From NCBI GenBank assembly GCA_039799905.1, contig JBDLRP010000026.1, positions 64,001-128,000 of the forward strand: a stretch of 64,000 nucleotides of DNA, in the 5' to 3' direction. This DNA is from Pseudomonadota bacterium. Lineage in GTDB: Bacteria; Bdellovibrionota_B; Oligoflexia; Silvanigrellales; Silvanigrellaceae. A model generated the notes under the pieces. The model was not told the origin of the DNA and did not search any database. It saw only the letters and a list, made by a program, of their open reading frames with translations. Below, in pieces: positions 10,460-19,943 of the stretch. A program made the translations under genes and the position numbers. Numbering within the stretch: position 1 is the first letter of the stretch; each line of letters begins with the position of its first letter.

Positions 10460-10534
10460 CGGGGCTTAGCGCAGTGGTAGCGCATCTGTTTTGGGAGCAG
10501 AGGGTCGTGAGTTCGAATCCCACAGCCCCGACCA
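10460..10534 (+). tRNA. tRNA-Pro (anticodon TGG)
   Basis: Acceptor stem CGGGGCT/AGCCCCG, D arm GCGC-AGTGGTA-GCGC, anticodon loop ttTGGga, TTCGAAT T loop, encoded CCA. Confidence 0.96.
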
Positions 10535-10541
10535 TCTTTCT

Positions 10542-10570
10542 AAAAAGCCGGTGAGAACCGGCTTTTTTTT
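10542..10570 (+). terminator. Intrinsic terminator, likely bidirectional
   Basis: aaaaagccggt-gaga-accggctttttttt hairpin with U tract, between convergent units. Confidence 0.88.
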
Positions 10571-10672
10571 ATTTACCTTTGCCAGTTTTCGAACTTTTTT
10601 AAACCCCTTGTCGCTCGGATATAAAGTCAGCCAACGCAGGCTGAAAAGCAGACATCTTGAAAAATTGCCTAC

Positions 10673-11533
10673 TCATTGGGCATTTCCAGTTAACAAGCCA
10701 ATCTTCTCGGCAAACTGCCGCACATCGGTCACACTCTGCACCAGTGGATCTGAGGAGTTTTTCATGGCCGTCATGTAGGACCAATACATCGCGTCCCACT
10801 CCACGCCACATTGCTTCTGTTGGCCGTAGGCGCACCGCCCCTTGCCCACATGCTGTTTGACAGTCCACGTAAAACCCGGAGTCGTGCAGGGATTGGCGCT
10901 GCCAGGTGACCTGCAGTTGCCTGTCAGCCATTTACAATTGTTGTCGCGCTCGTTGGTCCACCACCACAAAGTGGACGTCCAATCCGGTCCGCCTTTGAGG
11001 CCCCAAATACCAATTCCCTTGCCGTTCGAATCCTGAGCCCACGAGTACCAATCCCCATACACAAGAACCTGAAAGACGCCCGTACACGTCGCGCTTCCGC
11101 AATAGCCTTTGCGGTAAAGGTCGCTTCCCGACCATTTTCTTTTGCCAACCTCAGCCCACGGAAATCCTCCCAACGAAGTCTGGTAGGTTTCATAGTCGGC
11201 AATGGTGGCAAAAAACGCGAGCGGATGGATGTTGCTGTCAACCATGTTGCGCAACATAATGGTGACTCGCTGCGCGAACGTTTCGGCGGCAGCAGTGCCC
11301 TGCACACCATTCTTGAAGTTCTGTGCACGCTCTGTAATCCGCGTCAGAATGGGCATCGACACCCGCACAAAATCTGGCATTGCCGCCTCGCGACGCAACT
11401 CCTGCCCTGAGCTGGACGATGGGCATCCGGTGGTCGTTGGAGCGGAATCAGTGCGCGCCACCGGTTTGCAAGCAGACAAAGAGCAAATCGACAAACCGAC
11501 AAGTGCAGCCAGCAGGAATTTAATCATCAGCAT
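10673..11533 (-). CDS. Cys/Trp-rich lipoprotein, possible lysozyme-like (GH19-like) fold
   Basis: LSAC lipobox. AFFATIADYET, GVFQV and TSTLWWW resemble GH19 motifs in the same order. Confidence 0.6.
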   Translation of the reverse strand: MLMIKFLLAALVGLSICSLSACKPVARTDSAPTTTGCPSSSSGQELRREAAMPDFVRVSMPILTRITERAQNFKNGVQGTAAAETFAQRVTIMLRNMVDSNIHPLAFFATIADYETYQTSLGGFPWAEVGKRKWSGSDLYRKGYCGSATCTGVFQVLVYGDWYSWAQDSNGKGIGIWGLKGGPDWTSTLWWWTNERDNNCKWLTGNCRSPGSANPCTTPGFTWTVKQHVGKGRCAYGQQKQCGVEWDAMYWSYMTAMKNSSDPLVQSVTDVRQFAEKIGLLTGNAQ

Positions 11534-11688
11534 CTCCGCAAGACGTGAATCTGGATTGAGCTCGTATTCGCAGAATAGACGCGGATGGCGGAGGAATGAA
11601 TCTCCAACTCTTGACGCAGCTTTCATGATCTATAAAATTCCATAGATTCCGTGCACTTGCATAAAATTCAGACACTTGAATCAGGATT

Positions 11689-12348
11689 ATGGGAGGTCAC
11701 ATCATGACGGCAGAAGGAAGCAATGAAACCAACAATGAATCAGGGAAGTGGGACGTCATTTTTGGTCTGACCCTGTCCATTTTCGCGGCCATCCTTGCCA
11801 TCAACGAACTCGGCGGTGGCAAATTCGGTGACGACGAGATTCAGCTCGGCAACGAAAAAACCAAATCTTACATGTGGTACCAAAGCAAAAGTATCAAAGA
11901 AAGCCTCACCAAGGGACAGGTCGACCTGCTGCAGGTCCTGGGCGACTCAGGGGCCATTGCAGCAGACAAGGCCGCCGCGATGGCAACCCTCAAAGACAAA
12001 CTCAAAGAGGAAGTGGTCCGCTACAAAAAAGAAAAAGACGAAATTCTCCGGGGCTCAAAAGCCGTTGGTCCGGAAAATTACGCTCAGGACGTCGACGGCA
12101 AAATGGGTGTCGTGGTTGGCGCCAAAGAAATCGAAGATTTGCAGACCAGGCTCAGTGAATCGGGCGACAAGTTCGACTTGGCTACTTTATTTTTGCAAAT
12201 CAGCCTCGTGCTTGGCGCCATCGGTCTCATCGCCAAAAGCCTCAAAGTCAGGCTCTATTTCCTCGGCGGGCTTATATCACTCGGACTCACGGGCTCGGTT
12301 TTTTGCGTGCTGGCATACAGAATGGCTTTTGCCGCCTCGGGCGGATGA
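11689..12348 (+). CDS. DUF4337-like membrane protein
   Basis: One N-terminal TM, WYQSKSIK motif, coiled region, two C-terminal TMs with LFLQISLVL. Confidence 0.7.
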   Translation: MGGHIMTAEGSNETNNESGKWDVIFGLTLSIFAAILAINELGGGKFGDDEIQLGNEKTKSYMWYQSKSIKESLTKGQVDLLQVLGDSGAIAADKAAAMATLKDKLKEEVVRYKKEKDEILRGSKAVGPENYAQDVDGKMGVVVGAKEIEDLQTRLSESGDKFDLATLFLQISLVLGAIGLIAKSLKVRLYFLGGLISLGLTGSVFCVLAYRMAFAASGG

Positions 12349-13067
12349 AGTAAAAAAAGAAAAAGAGAGATACCAAGAAGAAGGCAAAGGGGATGACCTT
12401 CAATGTTCTCGAATGTGACCGACTCAGCGGCAGGTTTACCGCCTGTCATCAACACGAATGCAAATCTCGTCGCATTCCAACCCATGTGAAAACCCCACGC
12501 CGCCATGATGTTTTTGTGGCCAAGAAACAACACCGTTCCGGATGCACCCAAAAAAAAGAGCGTCAGCAGGGGCATTGGTGAAAGATTAACCGCTTCGCTC
12601 AGCCGGTAGTTGAGCCAGTGCGCAAAAGAAAAAAAACACCCTGATATGAATATCTGCAACGCACGCGAGGCAGTCAGCTTCGGAAGAATATCGCGAATCA
12701 GGTATGTGCGAAACAAAACCTCCTCGCAGAACGACTGAAATAAAACCGTAAAAAGCAACAACCACAATACATTTGCAGGCTGAATGACAAAAATCGCCGC
12801 ATGCGAAACTGCCGCGCGAATCACCAGCAAAGCAAAAACAAGCGCGACTAGAAAACTGACTGCAAACAGACCGAGAGACCTGCGACTGAGATGTATCCCC
12901 AAAGACTCAATCATACCCACGCCGAAAAGAACTTTTGCGAACAACAAAAGGAGGCCCGTTGAAACAAGCGATGCAGGCAATGTCGGAAGTAAAAATCCAA
13001 TGCCGGCAGTTGCAAACGAAAGAAAATAGAACAAAGCTCGGTGAAACGGTTTTTCAGGGAACATCAT
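12255..13067 (-). CDS. CPBP (CAAX/Abi) family intramembrane metalloprotease
   Basis: EEVLFR, FSFAH and HMGWN motifs, multiple TMs. GAGGA RBS before ATG 13067. Confidence 0.85.
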   Translation of the reverse strand: MMFPEKPFHRALFYFLSFATAGIGFLLPTLPASLVSTGLLLLFAKVLFGVGMIESLGIHLSRRSLGLFAVSFLVALVFALLVIRAAVSHAAIFVIQPANVLWLLLFTVLFQSFCEEVLFRTYLIRDILPKLTASRALQIFISGCFFSFAHWLNYRLSEAVNLSPMPLLTLFFLGASGTVLFLGHKNIMAAWGFHMGWNATRFAFVLMTGGKPAAESVTFENIEGHPLCLLLGISLFLFLLHPPEAAKAILYASTQKTEPVSPSDISPPRK

Positions 13068-13102
13068 ATGTGTCCTCGCCGGCTGAGACGGTCCACGACG
13101 AA

Positions 13103-13948
13103 ATGAAATTATCATTATTCAGCGCCAAACCACTCCTCAAAGCATTGGTGTTCCTGACGCTGCTGACAATCATTCTATTGCCAAGCGTATTTTTTTTGAG
13201 CTCCCGTTTTTTTGCACAGCGCAAGACTGATGCGAATGCATTTCAACCTCCGCGCCGTCTGCTCGTGGTCTTTGCGCACACCGATGACGAAGTCACCAAC
13301 TCAGGACTCCTCCGCCATTGGGCGAACCTTGGCAGCGAGATCACTCTGATGACCCTCACCGACGGCGCCGCAAATCCACAATCTGACTTGTCAGTTTGCA
13401 ATGCGCTGGAAACAATCACTGACTGCCGCATGAGAGAGCTGCGTGATTCAGCCAGAATCCTTGGTGTCCGCAACGTCAGGACTCCATTGCTTCCCGACTC
13501 GAAACTGATGGAACACCTCACCCGCGCAAGCAAACTTGTCGGCGAGGAGATTGCATCATTCAAGCCAGACGCAATACTCACCATGGAACCTTCAGGATTG
13601 AACGGACTCTCTGACCATCGTGCGGCGTTTTTGTCTGTCGCTCTGAGTCTGCAGGAACAACCCCATCGAAGCAAAGCATTTCTGTCGGTCCTTCCGCCGC
13701 CCTTCGCGTGGTTTTTGCCCAGCCGCATTCCTGCAGAATTCACCGACAGCAACAAAGTCTTTCCGCTCAGCGACTCGCTCATAGAAGTCAAGACGGCCGA
13801 TGCGTTTGCTCACCGCAGCCAGTCTGCAACAATCAACGGGCTGACGCTGGGGATGGGTCCGCGCAAACTTTTTCAATGGATAAATTTTGAGACGTACAAT
13901 GTCGTCGAAACGGATGCCCTGCAGCACTACATCAATGCGGCGAGATAA
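13103..13948 (+). CDS. PIG-L/LmbE family deacetylase with N-terminal membrane anchor
   Basis: FAHTDDE, LTDG, RMREL, SDH and AHRSQ motifs. Confidence 0.85.
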   Translation: MKLSLFSAKPLLKALVFLTLLTIILLPSVFFLSSRFFAQRKTDANAFQPPRRLLVVFAHTDDEVTNSGLLRHWANLGSEITLMTLTDGAANPQSDLSVCNALETITDCRMRELRDSARILGVRNVRTPLLPDSKLMEHLTRASKLVGEEIASFKPDAILTMEPSGLNGLSDHRAAFLSVALSLQEQPHRSKAFLSVLPPPFAWFLPSRIPAEFTDSNKVFPLSDSLIEVKTADAFAHRSQSATINGLTLGMGPRKLFQWINFETYNVVETDALQHYINAAR

Positions 13949-13984
13949 TCTGATTCTCTCTGAGACCAACGTGCCGACCTCGAG

Positions 13985-15556
13985 TCATTTGCAGCTGACC
14001 TGCACACCCGAATTGGTGCCGTTGCCGGCCTGTGTTCCAGCCTCACTTTCGACTTCCTCGGTATACTCTGGCAATGCACTCACCGAGGCTCCGCCCGAAG
14101 TCTCGACACCATCAACTGTAGCGACAACACCGATCGGTGTATTGCCAATCAACAAAACCGAACCCGAGTCGCCGGGTTGCAGCAGCATTGTGATGGCTGA
14201 GGCGGAATCGGTCCGGTAGGAAACCAAAAGTGTCTTTTCTTTAAATAAGAGCTTCGATGTCGGATCGCTCTCTGAATTGGGAGAATTCGGCGACTTGGGA
14301 ATCATCTGCGACGGAGTGGCAAGACCGAAGAAAAAAGGACCGGCATCTCCCAAGGTCTGCTCGGCAGCAGAGAGATTTGCTTTGTAACTCGTGCGCAGAA
14401 TATTGCTCGCAAAGAAAATTTTGGAGGATTCAAACGAGGCTATGAAGGAATATTTGCCAATGTCCTCTTGTCCCATCAATAGCCACTGGATGTTGAACCG
14501 GTCCGGACTGACAACCTCGTCATGCAATGCCTGCGGAAAGCTCCTCACATTGCCAACCGCGTCATCTTTGACCCAAAATTTGTATTCATCCACAGCATCT
14601 TTGAAGAAGTCACGGAACTCCTGCGCACAAATTCCGGCATTATCACCATCCGCGCAGGCGGCGACACGATCAATCAACGCAGACTGCGATTCAAAATTGC
14701 GATAGCGGGTCATCACTCCGATGCGCACACGCCACTGCCTCAGAAAAAATATGAAATCGCTGCGCAGTGTGCCAGTTGCAGTCGGAGACAGCGGAATGAC
14801 CGCCTCTGCTTCCGCGAATTTACTTTCCTCCACCGACTTCAACTCAGCCGCCATTCGTCCCAGCGCCTCACTCACCTCAGGTCGGGCAAAGCTTTCATCG
14901 ACCACCTCTGCTTCAACTCTTGCCATGTCCAAAACGGTGCTGCAGACGGATGTGAACGCCGGATTCGCTGCCTTATATTGCTGAGAATCAGCCTTGCATT
15001 GTTCGGCTCCGCGCTCGATGACGGGTACGTCATTGAGAATGAATGACTTGCGTTGAGCAGAAGCAAGATACGTCGCGAGGTCGTCCGCGGCCAGAGGATC
15101 AACGCCCGCCGTCTTCGCCCTGTCTTCAAAAAGCTTCAGTCCATGCCTGTATTTTTCAAGCATGGGCAGGGCAACCCTGATCCTGATATACTTCTTATTT
15201 TGCGGGTCAAAAATATTCAATTCAGCAGCTTTTGCTTTCGAAAAATCGAGACAGTGATCTGCAGTCCAAAAGGCAATACTCGCAGGATTCACAATGCCAC
15301 CGGCCGAAACGGGGACGTAGTCCATCATGACAGAACAGCGTGAGCGTTTTGAGTTGTCGGATGTCCCGGGAGACTCGAGAAAATCAATGACTCCACCCCA
15401 CGCGGGCAACAGAGTTCCGGACTTTACTTCTTGAGCGATGGAAGAATTCGCCACCGCGACCGACTTTACGGCTGAACAATCCTTCGGCGTGCCCGTGCTG
15501 GCTGCGCAGGCAACCAGCAAAAAACACGCAGAAAATATGAAGTGCCTCTTGTCCAT
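13985..15556 (-). CDS. Lipoprotein with trypsin-like serine protease motifs
   Basis: LVAC lipobox, WTADHC (His), LDMA (candidate Asp), PGDSGS (Ser). Confidence 0.7.
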   Translation of the reverse strand: MDKRHFIFSACFLLVACAASTGTPKDCSAVKSVAVANSSIAQEVKSGTLLPAWGGVIDFLESPGTSDNSKRSRCSVMMDYVPVSAGGIVNPASIAFWTADHCLDFSKAKAAELNIFDPQNKKYIRIRVALPMLEKYRHGLKLFEDRAKTAGVDPLAADDLATYLASAQRKSFILNDVPVIERGAEQCKADSQQYKAANPAFTSVCSTVLDMARVEAEVVDESFARPEVSEALGRMAAELKSVEESKFAEAEAVIPLSPTATGTLRSDFIFFLRQWRVRIGVMTRYRNFESQSALIDRVAACADGDNAGICAQEFRDFFKDAVDEYKFWVKDDAVGNVRSFPQALHDEVVSPDRFNIQWLLMGQEDIGKYSFIASFESSKIFFASNILRTSYKANLSAAEQTLGDAGPFFFGLATPSQMIPKSPNSPNSESDPTSKLLFKEKTLLVSYRTDSASAITMLLQPGDSGSVLLIGNTPIGVVATVDGVETSGGASVSALPEYTEEVESEAGTQAGNGTNSGVQVSCK

Positions 15557-15563
15557 ACCGGGA

Positions 15564-15591
15564 CTATCGGCGGACACGGAAAAATACTTGA
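15564..15591 (-). promoter_or_regulatory. Sigma-28 (FliA)-like promoter
   Basis: Minus strand TCAA-N16-GCCGATAG. Confidence 0.55.
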
Positions 15592-15624
15592 ACAAAATAA
15601 GATTATCTATTTTCTCATGGCATT

Positions 15625-17292
15625 TTAGTGAGTTGAATTGTGCACATCACGCACAGCTCTGCCCGAAGGGTCAGCCATTTGTGCAAAGGCCTGATCCCAT
15701 TTGATGGCCGTGGGAGTACTGCAGGCAACGCTGGGGCCATCCGGAATCAAACGAACTGCTGCGGGATTGCGGAAGTGGCCTTCGAAAACACTTCGATACC
15801 AGAACCCTTCTTTCGTTATCGGAGTCTTTTCGGGAAACCGGTGTCTTGCACTGGCCAACATGGCATCGCTGACTTCTGCATTGGCAAACGCCTTGAGAGA
15901 ATCGATCCAGCTGTAGCCCACGCCATCTGAAAATTGCTCCTTCTGCCGCCAGAGAATTTCATCGGGAATCAGACCGCGGAACGCATCACGCAAAATAAAC
16001 TTCTCTATTTTTCCATTGCCGCACATTTTGTCTGCTGTCCTGAGACTCATAGCAACATCAAGAAATTCCTTGTCGAGAAACGGAACGCGCGCCTCGATAC
16101 CCCACGCCGACATCGCCTTGTTGGCGCGCAGGCAATCGTATTTGTGCAACATCGACAATTTCCGCAGCAGTTCTTCATGGAACTCCTGCGCGTTCGGAGC
16201 TTTGTGAAAGTAAAGATACCCGCCGAAAACCTCATCGGCACCCTCGCCCGACAAAATCATCTTGATACCCATCGCTCGGATCTTCCGCGCCATAAGATAC
16301 ATCGGCGTCGCCGCCCGAATTGTTGTGATGTCGAACGTCTCGAGGTGATAAATAACGTCTGAAATTGCGTCCAGACCTTCCTGGACGGTGAAGTTGATTT
16401 CGTGATGAGTAGAACCAATGTGCTCGGCCACTTTTCTTGCCATTTTGAGATCGGGCGAATCCTTGAGTCCGACCGAAAACGAGTGCAGCTGCGGCCACCA
16501 TGCGGGTTCCCTGCCATCGCTCTCAACACGGCGCGCACTTTGTCTTGCAGCGAGAGCCGAGACCAGCGAAGAATCAACTCCACCCGAGATGAGCACACCG
16601 TACGGAACATCACACATCAACTGTCTGCGGACTGCTCCTTCCAGAGCGCCCGACAACAGTTCGGCAGACGCAGGAACTGCTGGCAGGACGTCAATCCTGT
16701 CCCACTCCGGCTTGTAATAACGGATGAACTTCTTGTCCTGTCCCAGGTAATAATGACCGGGAGGAAACTCTTCGACCACCTTACATACGTCAACAATCGC
16801 CTTCAGTTCAGACGATACATACAGTGTTCCGTGCTGATCCCAACCCATGTACAGTGGGACGATTCCGATGTGGTCGCGAGCAATCAAATAAGTTCCACGT
16901 GCTTTGTCATAGAGCACGAACGCAAAAATACCATTAATTTTATTGAGAAAGTCTGCACCATATTCATCATAAAGATAGAGCAGAACCTCACAGTCGGATT
17001 GAGTCTGAAAGTCATGCTTCTTTGTGAGTTCCTGATTTCTGAGCTCGACGTGATTGTAAATCTCACCGTTGACTGCCAGCACCGCTCCAGTTGTTTGATC
17101 CACCAACGGCTGTGCACCGCTCATGACGTCCACAATTGCCAGACGCTCGTGACACAAAATCGCACGATCATCTGAATAGACACCGCTCCAGTCGGGCCCG
17201 CGATGACGGATTTTTTTCACCAGCGACAGCGCATCTTTTCTCAACTGCTGCGGGTCACCAGCCAGATCGAGCAATGCAAGGATCCCACACAT
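15625..17292 (-). CDS. asnB: Asparagine synthase B (glutamine-hydrolysing)
   Basis: N-terminal MCGI, HRGPDWSG, NGEIYNH, ISGGVDSS, SGEGADE, EARVPFLD, RQKEQFSDGVG. AAGGAG RBS before ATG 17292. Confidence 0.96.
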   Translation of the reverse strand: MCGILALLDLAGDPQQLRKDALSLVKKIRHRGPDWSGVYSDDRAILCHERLAIVDVMSGAQPLVDQTTGAVLAVNGEIYNHVELRNQELTKKHDFQTQSDCEVLLYLYDEYGADFLNKINGIFAFVLYDKARGTYLIARDHIGIVPLYMGWDQHGTLYVSSELKAIVDVCKVVEEFPPGHYYLGQDKKFIRYYKPEWDRIDVLPAVPASAELLSGALEGAVRRQLMCDVPYGVLISGGVDSSLVSALAARQSARRVESDGREPAWWPQLHSFSVGLKDSPDLKMARKVAEHIGSTHHEINFTVQEGLDAISDVIYHLETFDITTIRAATPMYLMARKIRAMGIKMILSGEGADEVFGGYLYFHKAPNAQEFHEELLRKLSMLHKYDCLRANKAMSAWGIEARVPFLDKEFLDVAMSLRTADKMCGNGKIEKFILRDAFRGLIPDEILWRQKEQFSDGVGYSWIDSLKAFANAEVSDAMLASARHRFPEKTPITKEGFWYRSVFEGHFRNPAAVRLIPDGPSVACSTPTAIKWDQAFAQMADPSGRAVRDVHNSTH

Positions 17293-17450
17293 AAACGCCA
17301 CTCCTTAAGTTCTGAAAACACTACATTAAAACACAGTCACAGCAGACATCAGACAGCCCGTGGCGGCAGGGTTCTGACATTTGCACAATTTTTTCACCAC
17401 AGAGTCCATTAGCATTGTATAGTGCTAATATAATTATTTTTTTTAAAATT

Positions 17451-17478
17451 TTAAGTTTGCTTAATTTTGTTCCGATAT
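17451..17478 (+). promoter_or_regulatory. Sigma-28 (FliA)-like promoter
   Basis: TTAA-N16-TCCGATAT in an AT-rich intergenic region. Confidence 0.5.
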
Positions 17479-17519
17479 GCTCTTTAACAAGATGCAGCGA
17501 AACTCCAGGCGGGTGCCCT

Positions 17520-18392
17520 ATGAAAGATGACCACAAATCTCTTCTCAAAGAAGTGTGTCAGCACATCAAACCAAGTCTTTATTTGGAGTACGCAGCCTTC
17601 CTTGAAGACGTCTTTCAGTGGGTCAAGGCACGCAGCAAAAACTACTCCTACATCCTGTTTGCGGATGATCTCGGATTCTCCAAAACGAACGTCATTCACC
17701 TGATGATTCGCGGAAAACGTCGCCTGAGTCCCAAGGGAGTCACGCGCATCACGGAAACACTGCACATCCGCGGCGCCGAGCGAATGTACCTTGAGACTCT
17801 CGTGAAATATCAGAACGCCCGACTGTCGTCGGACCGTGAGGCGTTTTTTAGTCGCTTGATGGAAATAAAATCAAAGAGCCTGTCTTCTCCCATCGAGCAG
17901 CATCAGCTTGAGTACTATCGGGAATGGTATCATCCGGTGATCCGCGAGCTTGTTGGCATGCAGGGCTTCAAAGCCGATCCACACTGGATTGTTGATCATA
18001 TTGAGCCACGTGTACTGCCGGAACAGGCGCGCAAAAGCCTGGCACTTCTTCAAGAACTCAATCTAATCCGCGCAAAGGAATCCGGCGACGGGTTCGAACT
18101 GACTTCACAACATGTTTCCACCGGCGACGAAATCGCCAGCCATGCGGTGGTTCGCTATCATCAGAGGACAATAGAAATTGGACGCGAGTCGATCACGAAT
18201 TTCGATCACACCGAGCGCAATGTTAGCGCCGTGACTCTGTCGATATCGGAAAAGACGTTCGAAAAAGTCGCCGATGAAATTGCCGCCTTTCGCAAAAGAA
18301 TTCTCGAGATTTCCGAACAGGACGCATCTCCGGACCGGGTTTATCAATTAAATGTTCAATTCTTTCCGTTCACACGCAGGACCAAGGAGTAA
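17520..18392 (+). CDS. TIGR02147/DUF4423-type protein with N-terminal HTH-like region
   Basis: YSY..FA..LGFS...GKRRLS, YYREWYHPVIREL and C-terminal VYQLNVQFFPFT. Confidence 0.85.
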   Translation: MKDDHKSLLKEVCQHIKPSLYLEYAAFLEDVFQWVKARSKNYSYILFADDLGFSKTNVIHLMIRGKRRLSPKGVTRITETLHIRGAERMYLETLVKYQNARLSSDREAFFSRLMEIKSKSLSSPIEQHQLEYYREWYHPVIRELVGMQGFKADPHWIVDHIEPRVLPEQARKSLALLQELNLIRAKESGDGFELTSQHVSTGDEIASHAVVRYHQRTIEIGRESITNFDHTERNVSAVTLSISEKTFEKVADEIAAFRKRILEISEQDASPDRVYQLNVQFFPFTRRTKE

Positions 18393-18398
18393 CAACGA

Positions 18399-19448
18399 AT
18401 GAAGGGACTTATTCACATCCTCGGTTCTCGAAAAGCGACACGACAATTAAGTCTCTATGTGTCTTTGTTTGTTGCAGCCTCGGTGCTCGGATCGTGCGGC
18501 ACCGAAACCGGAAATCCTGTTATTAAAAGGCCAACCACACCGCGCACGGTCGCCCAAGATACAGTTGAATCCGATTTACTAGAGCTTTCCGAAAGCATCA
18601 GCGAACAGGGAAGCAACGATGTCGCGTTCAATTTTGCAGCTGAGAAAAACTCCGCGAACGTGCCAGCCGAGGTTGCCGAATGCTCGTCAAGCGGCACTGC
18701 AGCAACCACGATGGTCGAGAAGACCAGAGAAAACAAAAAAGAGTTCAGCAAGCGGGGACGCAGTGTGTTGGTCAGTCAATACCGAAAAATCACCACGGAA
18801 TGGCTCTCACCCAACGGCGGACTCTCTTGTGTCGGAAAAAATCTGAAAAAGAACCTGCGTTCGCTGAAGGGTGCGAGCGAAACCCGCAAGGGCAGCGTCA
18901 ACCGCACAATCACAAGAACTTTCAATTCTGCTGCAGTGGCTGAATCCGAGTATTCGAGCGCAAGGTTTGCATCCGAGGGTGTTTGGAAAACAAACTTTGC
19001 CGAAGTCTCGCTTTTAAACGACAGCTTACTCGTCACAAAAACAAACGAATGGTCACTCAAAAAATCAAGTTTTCAAACGACTTCCCAAGGCGAGACAATT
19101 GCCGAGTCGAGCAGCGAAACTGCAGCGGGTGCACCAATCAAAGTTGTCACGGCCCGTTCGCGAGACACCGGCGCCATCACAAGCCGGACGATCGAGAGCG
19201 GCACAATCACAACGACACGCCCCGACGGAACGAAGATCGAGGTGAGTTTTGAAGCGGTCGTCTTTACAACAACCGACTCTTGCTATCCTACAAACGGAAA
19301 AATGCGGGGTCTTGTGACACCCGCACCATCTTCGGGACAAAGCCCCGAGTCTTTTGAAATTGACTTTACACAGCTGGACTTCGAACTTCCCTCGATTCAA
19401 TTCGGAGACGGACAGAAGGTTCCACTGAGCGGTGCCTGCGTTGAGTGA
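18399..19448 (+). CDS. Hypothetical beta-rich lipoprotein
   Basis: AAGGAG RBS, LGSC-GTETGNP lipobox, Ser/Thr-rich strands, CYPTNG. Confidence 0.75.
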   Translation: MKGLIHILGSRKATRQLSLYVSLFVAASVLGSCGTETGNPVIKRPTTPRTVAQDTVESDLLELSESISEQGSNDVAFNFAAEKNSANVPAEVAECSSSGTAATTMVEKTRENKKEFSKRGRSVLVSQYRKITTEWLSPNGGLSCVGKNLKKNLRSLKGASETRKGSVNRTITRTFNSAAVAESEYSSARFASEGVWKTNFAEVSLLNDSLLVTKTNEWSLKKSSFQTTSQGETIAESSSETAAGAPIKVVTARSRDTGAITSRTIESGTITTTRPDGTKIEVSFEAVVFTTTDSCYPTNGKMRGLVTPAPSSGQSPESFEIDFTQLDFELPSIQFGDGQKVPLSGACVE

Positions 19449-19496
19449 GTCAATGACCCGCTCAGTTTTGACACATCAATTCAGATTACGCAGCTC

Positions 19497-19820
19497 TTAG
19501 CGGCGTGGACCTGAACCGAAACCGCGAGGACCGCGATCGCCGAAGTCACGGCGAGGACGATCGCCACGCTCAGGTTGAGGACGAGCCTCATTGACTGTCA
19601 TAGAACGGCCGCCCCATTGAGCGCCATTCCACTTCGAGATAGCTTCCTGAGCCTGATCATCAGTGCCCATTTCGACGAAAGCAAATCCCTTGCTACGGCC
19701 CGTTTCCCGATCGGTTACGATACGAACCGATTCCACTTGGCCACATTCAGAAAATGCCTGAGCCAGCGCATCTTCAGTAGCAGTATAAGGGATATTACCA
19801 ACGTACAACTTCTTACCCAT
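19497..19820 (-). CDS. RRM-domain RNA-binding protein with Arg/Gly tail
   Basis: RNP2 LYVGNI, RNP1 KGFAFVEM, VNEARP. AAGGAG RBS. Confidence 0.95.
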   Translation of the reverse strand: MGKKLYVGNIPYTATEDALAQAFSECGQVESVRIVTDRETGRSKGFAFVEMGTDDQAQEAISKWNGAQWGGRSMTVNEARPQPERGDRPRRDFGDRGPRGFGSGPRR

Positions 19821-19894
19821 GACTTCTCCTTAAAACACCTCAGCCTTGGAAGAAGACAACAAAGTAAGATAGCTTCACCCCAAAGGCGCCGTGA

Positions 19895-19923
19895 ACCTAG
19901 CACGCCTCTCGAGGACCTCCAAC
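19895..19923 (-). promoter_or_regulatory. Sigma-70-like promoter of the RRM gene
   Basis: Minus strand TTGGAG-N17-TAGGTT with extended TG and an upstream A/T tract. Confidence 0.45.
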
Positions 19924-19943
19924 CATTTTTTTAAATATTTTTT

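Noticed and set aside
12255..13067. CPBP/Abi protein as abortive-infection or bacteriocin immunity gene
   Set aside because: No defence or bacteriocin context, and the family is widespread.
10460..13948. tRNA-Pro as an island integration site
   Set aside because: No integrase, and I saw no duplicated tRNA 3' end or clear composition shift.
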